NCBI GenBank assembly: GCA_026984135.1
Contig: JALSSR010000095.1
Location: forward strand, 1,840 to 65,839
DNA length: 64,000 nt
Direction of reading: 5' to 3'
DNA from: Bacteroidales bacterium
Lineage (GTDB): Bacteria > Bacteroidota > Bacteroidia > Bacteroidales > JAADJA01
Each line of letters starts with the position of its first letter. Positions within the stretch are counted from its first letter, which is position 1. Below are positions 10,101 to 18,490 of the stretch, piece after piece. Below the pieces are notes generated by a model that saw only the letters and a list, made by a program, of their open reading frames with translations, made no database searches and had not been told where the DNA came from. The translations under genes were made by a program, and so were the position numbers.

Positions 10101-12270
10101 GAAATACTGCATTGTTGAAAAAGCCAACATCTATAATATCTCCTGCGAAAGTTCCGGCCAACCGAATATGGAAAATTGTACGATAAGGAATTCTGCAAAT
10201 GACGGCCTGAAGCTCTATAAATCGGACCCTCCGATTACCAACTGTCTTTTTCAGAACAACGGCGCATACCCAATCAATTATACCGACTGGACCTGTAATC
10301 CGCTTCTTACGGGAAATACCTATACCGGAAATAATCCTGATTACATTGCACTTTCGGGAGGGACATACGATGCCGACAGGACCATTTATAATGACGGCGT
10401 TCCCTACCTGATACTGGACGATATTGTGATGGGTAAGTGGGGTAATAATTCGAGGCTGACCATTGAACCCGGTGTAACACTTGCCTTTGTATCAGGGAAA
10501 AAACTGCAACTTGGCTTTATCAATCATGGTGGTGAACTGTGGGCCGAAGGCAATGCAGACAGCATAATCACATTTAAGCCGTATAATGATTCCATTGGTG
10601 GTTGGGAAGGTATTTACTTCAATAACTATAACGATAACTGGGGAGGTGCCTCTTCAATGAAATACTGCATTGTTGAAAAAGCCAATCTCTATAATATCTA
10701 TTGTGAAAGTTCCGGTCAGCCAAATATGGAAAATTGTACGATAAGAAATGCTGCAAATGACGGCTTAAAACTCTATAATTCGACTATTGGAATAATCAAA
10801 AATTCAACATTTTCCAACAATGGCGGGAATGGAATTTACATTGACGGATCAAGTAATCCCGTAATTGGAAATGACCCTGCTTTTACAAATAACCTTTTTG
10901 GCAACGGACTTTATGAAGTTTATAACAATACAACCAATAATATTGATGCACGTTATAATTATTGGGGGGCAGCCGATTCGGCTATGATCCATTCAAAGAT
11001 CTACGACTATTATGACAACACTTCCAAAGGGATCGTCATTTTCGAAGACTTTGCCCAAATACCTTCAGTAGGCGGAACTACAACTTTATTAAGCGGTAAT
11101 GTATGGTATAATAATGCTTCTTCCTCTCCCATGGAAAATGCCCTGATGGAGATTTTTGATTTTGGCGGAACTCCAATTTCCAGCACCAACACCAGTTCTT
11201 CCGGTCATTATTCATTCGGTTCCATTACTTCTGGAAATTATACAATGGACATTACGCCCGAAGATAGCTGGGGCGGTGTAAATTCAACGGATGCTTTGCT
11301 GATACTTAACCATTTTGCACATATAGATACACTCAAAGGAATGGAACTGGCTGCTTCGGATGTTAATCACAGCCAGACTGTTAATGGTACGGATGCACTG
11401 TTCGTGATGAAGCGCTATACGGGAATGATATCTTCCTTCCCTTCAGGTGACTGGTTGTACAATACCGAGAACCTGACAATAAATGGAAATCAGGTCGTAA
11501 ACGATTTTGCAATGCTTTGTTTTGGCGATGTGAATTCATCTTATGTACCGGCAAAAAAAGACGGAGAAAATGTTTCGCTTGTTTATGAAGGATCTCGGAT
11601 AATCCAGTCATTTACTGATTTTGATTTAACAATTTCAGTTAAGGATATGATAGAAATGGGAGCTGTTTCACTGGGGTTAACCTATCCGGAAGAATTTATG
11701 GAAATAAACGGTGCCGAGCTGTTAAATACATCCGGTAATGCGATTTTTACAGCTGATAATGGATTGTTCAGGATTGCCTGGGCGGACCTTAATAGTGTGA
11801 ATTACGAAGCCGGGGACGAAATGCTTGTCGTGCATTGTACAGCGAAAGATCTGAGTCTTATGCAGGAGCCGATTTTTGTTGGGCTTTATGGAGAAAGTGA
11901 ATTTGCCGATCCGACTGCACAGGTTATCAATAATGTAACGCTTGTTGTTCCCGAATTGACAACTCTGGCGGTTGGAATAAACAATCCCGCCGAGGAAGGA
12001 TTATGGCTGAGTGAAAACTATCCCAATCCTTTCACTCATTCAACGACAATCCGTTATCAAATTCCTGAATTCGGCAATGTGACCTTAAAAGTATTTGACA
12101 TAACAGGCGCGATTATCACCGAATTGGTCAACAGTCCGCAGAAAAAAGGTGAATATGCCGTCGAATTCAATTCTGAGGGACTGGAGCCGGGAATCTATTT
12201 CTATAAACTGGAATTCAGCAACTCGGAAAATCACAAAAGTTTGGTAAATAAAATGAGTGTAACACGTTAA
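7123..12270 (+). CDS. giant secreted surface protein: Kelch beta-propeller + repeated right-handed beta-helix modules + CarboxypepD_reg-like + dockerin-like + cohesin-like + T9SS C-terminal sorting domain
   Basis: 1715 aa with a signal peptide (LMILGSTNIFAQ). Kelch-like repeats (YVVGG, YVLGG, YVAGG, YVLGG). Beta-helix repeats (NxxxGIxL). Dockerin-like GGVNSTDALLILNHF...DVNHSQTVNGTDALFVMKRY. T9SS CTD NYPNPFTHSTTIRYQIPEFGNVTLKVFDITG...GIYFYKLEF. Confidence 0.85.
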   Translation: MKNYLEKKTKGYSKGILMGFISLMILGSTNIFAQVSFTQTLNADFYKGVYNDLTVASDSVYLPYQADDVNNWLTTTVLPQTLEGHKAATWNNRYVYVVGGFNDISYSSSVYRASLQSGGISGWTTLNPLPVGLRDAAVVIGTNTLYVLGGRDGSNIFDDIYYAEINSDGSLGTWQTSSVTLPATLWGHTAVYCNGYIYVAGGSNNSSATSARSNVYYAKVLADNTLSAFSAATSLPQTRNGHSMVVYGDKIYVLGGFSNGGTKRNTVYYATSGNNGSLGSWSSATALPVTISNHSSVIINGLITVLAGESGGTLSNKVYYADINTSPLTWNLATNVMYDRTKDGAAFAANGWIGYCGGENLSGTPIHNSRYATLNITTDYEKNGFFVSNPFFELGAEREITKLTFLTSTPSGSNSEIAYRTAGDDLYWGNWSALTSTSPIILGITDHYLQYKVVFTGDGTVTPTFDEMTLWTPGTELSGNLNNLTLIDAASSPYWVTSDVYFTSGTHTFEAGVVWNFLPQTGLTVGQANMICNGTSGNPVQFVGYTDDDGLWDGIYFDANSDNGVSSQFHYVVIKNAGYGDNNANLYCNSSNEPFLDHCTIKNADGNGIRLNNAHINIEYSTIEYNSENGLYLENSNPTLVSCDVGHNGAAGVYFTSNTSDPTYSSTTIHDNLYGMHYPSPNNTIYPPNGDPTVINNTYNGIAIDGGDITSTNKVWNSIKYDYILLGTVRIKQWMSNVRLTIEPGNTVKSVSGAQIQIGAPNYGGELYAIGTVDSLITFTSYNGSSGGWNGIWFTDQSDNWGGVSVMDYCIIENGSDYNIFSQSTAQPNISNSIVRNAVVDGIRNSNSSHTVQNSQFLNNGRYPYYFLDPNANPVHTGNTYTGNGINRIALEGGTYPWDRSLTNDNVPYLVLNDIVIGKWGDHSRLTIDPGVILEFESGKKLQLGYINCGGDLWAEGTAGNPITFRPSNGLEGGWEGIYFTDYNDNWGGTSSMKYCIVEKANIYNISCESSGQPNMENCTIRNSANDGLKLYKSDPPITNCLFQNNGAYPINYTDWTCNPLLTGNTYTGNNPDYIALSGGTYDADRTIYNDGVPYLILDDIVMGKWGNNSRLTIEPGVTLAFVSGKKLQLGFINHGGELWAEGNADSIITFKPYNDSIGGWEGIYFNNYNDNWGGASSMKYCIVEKANLYNIYCESSGQPNMENCTIRNAANDGLKLYNSTIGIIKNSTFSNNGGNGIYIDGSSNPVIGNDPAFTNNLFGNGLYEVYNNTTNNIDARYNYWGAADSAMIHSKIYDYYDNTSKGIVIFEDFAQIPSVGGTTTLLSGNVWYNNASSSPMENALMEIFDFGGTPISSTNTSSSGHYSFGSITSGNYTMDITPEDSWGGVNSTDALLILNHFAHIDTLKGMELAASDVNHSQTVNGTDALFVMKRYTGMISSFPSGDWLYNTENLTINGNQVVNDFAMLCFGDVNSSYVPAKKDGENVSLVYEGSRIIQSFTDFDLTISVKDMIEMGAVSLGLTYPEEFMEINGAELLNTSGNAIFTADNGLFRIAWADLNSVNYEAGDEMLVVHCTAKDLSLMQEPIFVGLYGESEFADPTAQVINNVTLVVPELTTLAVGINNPAEEGLWLSENYPNPFTHSTTIRYQIPEFGNVTLKVFDITGAIITELVNSPQKKGEYAVEFNSEGLEPGIYFYKLEFSNSENHKSLVNKMSVTR
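9208..10790 (+). repeat. three tandem ~181-186-aa modules inside the 7123 gene (copies start ~9208, 9751, 10309)
   Basis: Copies 2 and 3 share long identical nucleotide runs, e.g. tggggaggt.cctcttcaatgaaatactgcattgttgaaaaagccaa. Protein repeat: GNTYTGN...RLTI(D/E)PGV...GGWEGIYF..YNDNWGG.SSMKYCIVEKAN. Confidence 0.8.
12013..12267 (+). other. T9SS (Por) type-A C-terminal sorting domain of the 7123 gene product
   Basis: Last ~85 aa match the usual NYPNPF...V.L.V(F/Y)D..G......G.Y.Y.L pattern. Confidence 0.8.
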
Positions 12271-12281
12271 AAACCGTAATT

Positions 12282-15200
12282 ATGAAAACGAAATTTAAAA
12301 TATTCATTTCGGTGCTTTTCATAATTACCTGGCCGGTTTTATTGCAAAGTCAAACGATAAACACCACAGCCGGGTCGCCTTCGGAGTGCCCCGGGGAAAT
12401 TGTGGTTCCTGTAACGGTGACTAATTGCAGCGGCGTTGGAGCCATTTCCCTGACCCTTCAATACGATACGGTAGTCCTTACTTATTTGAATTATGAAAAC
12501 GTTCATACGGACTTAACATCAGGATTACTTGTTGTGAACCGGATCGGTAACAAGGTAATAATAAGTTGGGCTTCGACCACAGCTGCCAATATAGGTAGCG
12601 GAACCCTGATGGACATCCGTTTTTCGGGGGTTACAGGAAGCAGCAGCCTGACGTGGGACACACAAACACCGGGTAATTGTGAATACAGCGACTTAAACGG
12701 AAATATTCTTCCTTCTTCTTATACAAACGGTACGGCAACTGTTTATCAGGCACCGGAGATAATTGATTCTCCCGGTGATATTACTGCATTTGTGGGAGAT
12801 GATATCAGCTTTAGCGTGAATGCCGTAGCCGAAAATATAAGCAGATTATGGTACAAAAGTACGGATGGTGGATCAACCTGGGTTCCAACAGGCACAACCT
12901 CAGCTACAATTCATATTAATAATGTAACATTGGATATGAACGGATTTATGTACCGTTGTGAGATTAGCGGAACCTGCGGCCCTGTTGCTACATCCGATGC
13001 GGCAACACTAACCGTAATTCAACCGCTGATAACATCATTTGATATACAGAACGTTTGTCCGGGAAATATTACAATCCCAATACTGACATCCAATTTTACG
13101 GATGTAGCTTCCCTTTCCCTGGCATTTAGCTATGATACTTCAACTTTGACCTATTCGGGTTATCAGAATGTGAATTCATTATTACCCGGAAATTTTGTTT
13201 GTAATGAAGTTGGCGGGATGGTTTATATGTCATGGTCAACGACTTCACCCGTAACTTTCGGAACGGATACAACGCTTGTCGAAATCCGGTTTACCGGAAC
13301 AGCAGGAAGCAGCAACCTGACCTGGGATTTGACAACACCGGGTAATTGTGTTTACACCTATCTGAATGCGGATGAAATTGTTTCGGTATTTGAGAATAAT
13401 TCATTTACTATTTTTCAGGTACCGCAAATCAATATCCAACCTGTTGATAAACTGGTACCGGAAAATACCGGAACTAACTTTAGCGTGACAGCAGTAGCTT
13501 CGGGAATTCATTATCAATGGCAAATCAGTACCGATGAGGGTGGATTGTGGACAGACCTGAGTAATGGAAGCCAATACAGTGGCGTTACAAATGCAACACT
13601 AAACATTTTCAATACATACCTTTCGATGAGCGGTTATTTGTATAGATGTGTTGTGAGTGGATCTTGTACTCCCGATGCCATTTCCAATCCTGCAGAGTTG
13701 ACAGTTCTGCCAAAGATAACAGCTATAGCAGGAAACGTTTCCGACTGTCCGGGATCCATAATCGTTCCTATAGATGTAACCCATTTTATAGATGTTGCAG
13801 CCTTTTCCTTAACACTAAACTTTGATCAGACTATTTTAACGTTTGATAATTACCAATCGTTAAACAGCGCCTTGTCAGGTGGAGGTTTTGCTTTGAATGC
13901 AGTTGATGGAAAAGTTTACATGACCTGGACATCTACTACTCCGGCAACGATTGGTGACGATTTGCTATTGGAGTTGATTTTTACCGGAGTTTCAGGAAGC
14001 AGTACGCTTGCCTGGAATAATACTGATGAAGGTGCCTGTGAGTTCAGCGACATTGACGGGAACATTATTTTTGATAATTATGTTAACGGTAATGTAATTG
14101 TCTATCAACCACCCGTGATAACCGGCGATCCTGTAAATCAAACGGCTCCCGAAGGAACAAGCACCACATTTACGGTTTCGGCTTCCGGAACAGGCTTGAT
14201 CTATCAGTGGCAGGAAAGCATTGATAATGGGAGTAATTGGGTAGACCTGACAAACACCGGCCCTTATTCGGGGACAAATACTCCCACATTGCAAATCAGT
14301 CTCGTTGGACAAACAATGGATGATTATCAATACAGGTGCAGGGTGTCGGGCACATGTTCGCCACCGGCTTTTTCAGGTGCTGCAATATTACATGTGACAC
14401 CTCCCATAATAATTACTTCTGCCGGAGATATTACAAATTCCTGTACGGGAAATATTACCGTTCCGATAACCGTAAGTAATTGCAATAATGTTGGGGCCAT
14501 TTCCCTGGTTCTGAATTATGATAATACAAAACTAACTTTTGAGGGATACCAGTCGCCGAACAGCGAGTTAAACGGAGGGATGCTAATTGTAAATGCGACA
14601 GCTACACAGGTTATTCTCAGTTGGGTTTCTACAGATCCGGCAGACATAGGTTTTGGAACATTGATAGAATACAATTTCAAGGCCGATGCCGGTATTTCGA
14701 CAACACTTACCTGGGATACGCAAACACCGGGTAATTGTGAATACAGCGACCCTTTTGGAAATATATTTGCCACGGCATTTAATACCGGTGATATATCCAT
14801 TAATGCCAATGCTATAATAGTAGATGCGGGAAATGACGAGTCTATTACACCCGGAGGTTCGGTTCAACTTAATGGTTCCGTAACAGGAGGCACACCACCT
14901 TATATCATTCAATGGACACCAACAACCTGGCTGTCAGACCCGAACATCTTGAATCCCATTGCTGATCCGCCTTCTACAACAACATATACTTTGACAATAA
15001 CTGATGATGTTGGATGTACAGGCTCGGACAAAATGACCGTAAATGTTTCAACAGCAGGCATTGATCTTCATTTGAAAGCTTTTCTTGAAGGACCATTCAG
15101 CGGAACAGAGATGGGTACAGCATTGAACAGTAATAATATGATTCCTTTAAATCATCCCTATTCAGGGTCGCCATGGTATTATGGAGGTTCGGAATATGTA

Positions 15201-15731
15201 ACATCAATTCCCAATACGGATGTTGTTGACTGGGTGTTGGTTGAATTGCGCCAAACAAACGGACCGGCCTCAACGGCGACGAGCGGAAAAAGAATTGCAA
15301 GGCAGGCAGGATTTATCCTGAAAAACGGGAATATTGTTAAAACCGATGGTTCGGGTATGTTGCATTTTGATGTAACAATTACTCAAAACCTTTATGTAGT
15401 TGTCTGGCACCGAAACCATTTGGCAATTATGTCTTCCGGGCCTTTATCAAATGTTGGAGATACTTATTCCTGGGACTTCACCACAGGTTCCGGTCAGGCA
15501 TACGGAACAGATGCACAGAAAAACCTGGGTGGCGTTTACGGTATGTATGCAGGCGACGGTGATGCCAACGGAAAAGTCGAAACGGCTGACAAAAGTAATG
15601 TCTGGAGCGTACAGGTTGGTCGAACCGGTTATAAATCAGGTGACTTTGATATGAATAGTCAGGTGATGAATCAGGATAAAAATGAATTATGGGTACCCAA
15701 TGTTGGTAAAAATTCACAGGTGCCCGATTAA
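12282..15731 (+). CDS. scaffoldin-like secreted protein: (cohesin-like - Ig-like)x3 - cohesin-like - small beta domain - shared C-terminal dockerin-like module
   Basis: 1149 aa with a signal peptide. Four ~130-aa modules carry CPG.I.VP..V.....V.A.SL.L.YD...LT...Y......(approx aa 25-155, 246-378, 473-607, 701-835). They alternate with ~90-aa Ig-like modules (..YQWQ.S.D.G..W.DL...YSG....TL.I......YRC.VSG.C). Confidence 0.8.
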   Translation: MKTKFKIFISVLFIITWPVLLQSQTINTTAGSPSECPGEIVVPVTVTNCSGVGAISLTLQYDTVVLTYLNYENVHTDLTSGLLVVNRIGNKVIISWASTTAANIGSGTLMDIRFSGVTGSSSLTWDTQTPGNCEYSDLNGNILPSSYTNGTATVYQAPEIIDSPGDITAFVGDDISFSVNAVAENISRLWYKSTDGGSTWVPTGTTSATIHINNVTLDMNGFMYRCEISGTCGPVATSDAATLTVIQPLITSFDIQNVCPGNITIPILTSNFTDVASLSLAFSYDTSTLTYSGYQNVNSLLPGNFVCNEVGGMVYMSWSTTSPVTFGTDTTLVEIRFTGTAGSSNLTWDLTTPGNCVYTYLNADEIVSVFENNSFTIFQVPQINIQPVDKLVPENTGTNFSVTAVASGIHYQWQISTDEGGLWTDLSNGSQYSGVTNATLNIFNTYLSMSGYLYRCVVSGSCTPDAISNPAELTVLPKITAIAGNVSDCPGSIIVPIDVTHFIDVAAFSLTLNFDQTILTFDNYQSLNSALSGGGFALNAVDGKVYMTWTSTTPATIGDDLLLELIFTGVSGSSTLAWNNTDEGACEFSDIDGNIIFDNYVNGNVIVYQPPVITGDPVNQTAPEGTSTTFTVSASGTGLIYQWQESIDNGSNWVDLTNTGPYSGTNTPTLQISLVGQTMDDYQYRCRVSGTCSPPAFSGAAILHVTPPIIITSAGDITNSCTGNITVPITVSNCNNVGAISLVLNYDNTKLTFEGYQSPNSELNGGMLIVNATATQVILSWVSTDPADIGFGTLIEYNFKADAGISTTLTWDTQTPGNCEYSDPFGNIFATAFNTGDISINANAIIVDAGNDESITPGGSVQLNGSVTGGTPPYIIQWTPTTWLSDPNILNPIADPPSTTTYTLTITDDVGCTGSDKMTVNVSTAGIDLHLKAFLEGPFSGTEMGTALNSNNMIPLNHPYSGSPWYYGGSEYVTSIPNTDVVDWVLVELRQTNGPASTATSGKRIARQAGFILKNGNIVKTDGSGMLHFDVTITQNLYVVVWHRNHLAIMSSGPLSNVGDTYSWDFTTGSGQAYGTDAQKNLGGVYGMYAGDGDANGKVETADKSNVWSVQVGRTGYKSGDFDMNSQVMNQDKNELWVPNVGKNSQVPD
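15060..15728 (+). other. shared C-terminal module, copy 1 (223 aa, ends ...GKNSQVPD)
   Basis: IDLHLKAFLEGPFSG.EM...VDWVLVELR...HRNHLAIMS...GDGDANGKVETADKSNVW...GDFDMNSQVMNQDKNELW...QVPD. Alignable along its full length with copies at 17769, 21083 and 25977. Confidence 0.85.
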
Positions 15732-15926
15732 AATAAAGCCGGGCAGGGCTTTTTCCCTGTGACGGCCGGACGTTCTTTATACCGAAAGAAATCAGGTTTG
15801 CAACTTTATTGGTTGATTTCTTTCGAGTATAACTGGTTCTAAGAAGGTTTGTTTTTGCAAACATGTCAAGAACCAGTATACATCTTCGCAAAACCGGACT
15901 TGACATCCGGAATAATATCCGAATTA

Positions 15927-15958
15927 ATCCCCGCTTTATTTCAAAGCGGGGATTTTTT
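15927..15958 (+). terminator. rho-independent terminator-like hairpin
   Basis: ATCCCCGCTTT-atttc-AAAGCGGGGAT followed by TTTTT. Confidence 0.6.
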
Positions 15959-15959
15959 A

Positions 15960-15967
15960 TATCTTTG
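15960..15967 (+). promoter_or_regulatory. candidate -7 box TATCTTTG
   Basis: TAnnTTTG match 26 nt upstream of the ATG at 15993 and immediately after the terminator. Confidence 0.4.
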
Positions 15968-15992
15968 CCGAAAACAGAAATCCTCCAGGAAA

Positions 15993-18437
15993 ATGAAAAG
16001 AATTTTCTCTTTATTCATACTACTTTTGATGCTGCTGTCACAAGTATATTCAGATAGCGTCCCCATTGCAAAAGCTCATAAAATTGCCCGGAATTTTTTT
16101 GAATTATGTTTTTCTAAGAATAAAACATTTGAAAGAGAACTTTCTTCCGCAATTGCCAGTGACGGTTATTTTGTATTCAATCTGAAAAACAATGATGGAT
16201 TTATTATTGTTTCGGGGGATGATGATTTGCCTCCGGTTCCGGGATACTCCTTCTCGGGAAGTTTTGATAATGACAATAATAATGAAGCATTCCGTCTTTG
16301 GATGAAGGGGTTTTCGGCTTCAAGAGCTAATGGGAAAAGTTTGTCTGAGATCAAATCGGAATGGAATAAATTGTTAAAAGGTGATTCGGGAAAATCTGTT
16401 ACCGGAGTTGGTCCGCTTCTTACAATTGCCTGGGGACAAGCCTGTTACTATAATGCTAAGTGTCCCGTTGATTCCAATGGAAATTGTTACCACGCACGAA
16501 CAGGCTGCGGAGCAACCGCAATGGCTATGATAATGAAGTACTGGGAATTTCCCGCTCACGGTTATGGCGGCAATTCTTATCAAAGTCCTCTTTACGGGAA
16601 TATTTCCGCCGATTTTGAAAATACTTGGTACGACTGGCAAAATATGCCTCCCAAACTCTATTCCACAAGTGATACCGTACAGGTTAATGCCGTTGCCCAA
16701 TTGATGTTTCATTGTGGTGTGGCAGTGAATATGGTTTACGGACCTGCTGCATCCTCTTCCGATGAGTGGAATATCAGAAATGCTTTTACCAACTATTTCA
16801 AATATTCTTCACAATCACAGTATCTTGATAAAGCCGATTTTGCCGATACCGTTTGGAGAGATATTATGAAAAATGAGATTGATAACGGAAGACCTGTTTT
16901 TTACGAGATATCTTCCGGTTCGGGAGGCCATTTCGTTGTTATGGACGGATATCAGGACGACGACTATTTTCATTTTAACTGGGGCTACGGAAACCTAAAC
17001 GGCTATTATAAAACCTTTGACGAACTCCCTGTTATCCAGCAGGCTATAGTAAATATAAAACCCAATAGCGATACGGTTTCCGGAACTGCAACATTTTATT
17101 CCTACAACGGAATATTTAATGATGGAAGTAACGAAGAGAATTATCTGCCGGGGAAAACATTTTCCTGGCTCATTGAACCTGAAGATGCCACATCGTTGGC
17201 CTTGATGTTCACCCGGTTTTCGACTGAGTATAAAGCCGATTTTGTAAACATTTACGACGGTGATAATATTACGGCACCTTTACTGGGAAGTTTTTCCGGG
17301 CACAAATTGCCGCCCGTAATTCAAACATCCGGCAACAAGGCTCTTGTCAGGTTTGTTACAAATGACTCCGTTACCGATGCTGGATGGGAACTGCGGTTTA
17401 CAACTTTGCGAAACGGTTATTCTTGTTCCGGCGTTTCCCTGTTGACCGACTCCACAGGCACTTTTGACGACGGAAGCGGAAGCTCGAATTATATTGACAA
17501 TGCCGACTGCTTTTGGCTGATAAAGCCCGATACGGCAAGCAGTATTACTCTCCATTTCGATAATTTTAACACCGAAAAGGACTGGGATTTTCTATATGTT
17601 TACAAAGGTGAAAATCCTGCTCCCGAAAATCTTCTCGCAACACTGACTGGGAACATTTCTCCGGCTGACATAACTTCCACGGAAGGCGCGATGCTACTGC
17701 ACTTTCATTCCGACTGGAATACAAACCGGCCGGGTTGGCAGGTCTCCTATACAACCGGCTATGAAAAGATTTATCTTGATTTAAAAGTGTTTCTCGAAGG
17801 GGCTTTCACCGGGACTTCGATGGATACGAATCTGAGGCAGTTTATTCCTTTGTCGCAACCATTTGACAATAATCCTTCGGCAAATTATTATTACGAAGGT
17901 ACGGAAAGTGTTAATGAAATGCCTTTGGGTGTTGTGGATTGGCTATTGATTGAATTGCGCAACGCCGCAAGTGCATCCCTTGCTACCGGCGAAACAATAG
18001 TTGCACGTCAGGCTGCGCTTCTAACCGATAACGGTCGGATAGTAAATACCGACGGGTCATCTGTTTTATCGTTTAATCATTTTGTCAATCAATCTTTATT
18101 TGTGGTCATATATCATCGCAACCATTTGCCCGTTATGACAGCCAATCCGCTTACGGAATCGGGAGGGATTTATACATACGACTTTACAACGCCAGCCGGG
18201 CAGGCCTATGGAACCGATGCACAGAAAAACCTTGGGAGTGTTTATGGTATGTATGCCGGGGATGCCAATTGTGACAATTCCATTAATATTTCTGACCTTG
18301 CCGATTTTTGGTTAGACGAAACCGGATTACAGGGATACCTTAATTCGGACTTAAATTTGGACGGACAATCGAATAATATTGATAAAAATGATGTCTGGTT
18401 GCCGAATGAGGGGAAGGAATGCCAGGTGCCGGAATAA
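15993..18437 (+). CDS. secreted C10-family (streptopain-like) cysteine peptidase with two CUB-like domains and the shared C-terminal module
   Basis: Start moved to MKRIFSLFILLLMLLSQVYS (signal peptide). Spi-inhibitor-like N-terminal propeptide. Catalytic Cys context TGCGATAMAMIMKYWEFP and His context GGHFVVMDGY. Two CUB-like segments (GTFNDGSNEENY..., GTFDDGSGSSNY...). Confidence 0.8.
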   Translation: MKRIFSLFILLLMLLSQVYSDSVPIAKAHKIARNFFELCFSKNKTFERELSSAIASDGYFVFNLKNNDGFIIVSGDDDLPPVPGYSFSGSFDNDNNNEAFRLWMKGFSASRANGKSLSEIKSEWNKLLKGDSGKSVTGVGPLLTIAWGQACYYNAKCPVDSNGNCYHARTGCGATAMAMIMKYWEFPAHGYGGNSYQSPLYGNISADFENTWYDWQNMPPKLYSTSDTVQVNAVAQLMFHCGVAVNMVYGPAASSSDEWNIRNAFTNYFKYSSQSQYLDKADFADTVWRDIMKNEIDNGRPVFYEISSGSGGHFVVMDGYQDDDYFHFNWGYGNLNGYYKTFDELPVIQQAIVNIKPNSDTVSGTATFYSYNGIFNDGSNEENYLPGKTFSWLIEPEDATSLALMFTRFSTEYKADFVNIYDGDNITAPLLGSFSGHKLPPVIQTSGNKALVRFVTNDSVTDAGWELRFTTLRNGYSCSGVSLLTDSTGTFDDGSGSSNYIDNADCFWLIKPDTASSITLHFDNFNTEKDWDFLYVYKGENPAPENLLATLTGNISPADITSTEGAMLLHFHSDWNTNRPGWQVSYTTGYEKIYLDLKVFLEGAFTGTSMDTNLRQFIPLSQPFDNNPSANYYYEGTESVNEMPLGVVDWLLIELRNAASASLATGETIVARQAALLTDNGRIVNTDGSSVLSFNHFVNQSLFVVIYHRNHLPVMTANPLTESGGIYTYDFTTPAGQAYGTDAQKNLGSVYGMYAGDANCDNSINISDLADFWLDETGLQGYLNSDLNLDGQSNNIDKNDVWLPNEGKECQVPE
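17769..18434 (+). other. shared C-terminal module, copy 2 (222 aa, ends ...GKECQVPE)
   Basis: IYLDLKVFLEGAFTG.SM...VDWLLIELR...HRNHLPVMT...GDANCDNSINISD...DLNLDGQSNNIDKNDVW...QVPE. Confidence 0.85.
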
Positions 18438-18490
18438 AATCTAACACAGAGCGTTTTTACAAATTAAAATATAATCATAAAACAAAAAAA

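Noticed and set aside
9208-10790. Diversity-generating retroelement (template/variable repeat) hypothesis for the near-identical intragenic repeats, here and at 24378-25403
   Set aside because: Differences between the copies involve all four bases rather than adenine-specific changes. There is no reverse transcriptase gene or non-coding template copy in the window. The pattern fits ordinary tandem domain duplication.
15849-15992. Upstream extensions of ORF-track starts (15849 for the peptidase gene, 18419 for the propeller gene, 23313, 22522, 38548, 53976, 49244, 38517)
   Set aside because: In each case an internal ATG immediately precedes a canonical signal peptide or a conserved N-terminus. 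The extensions run through terminator or promoter sequence, or start at TTG/GTG.
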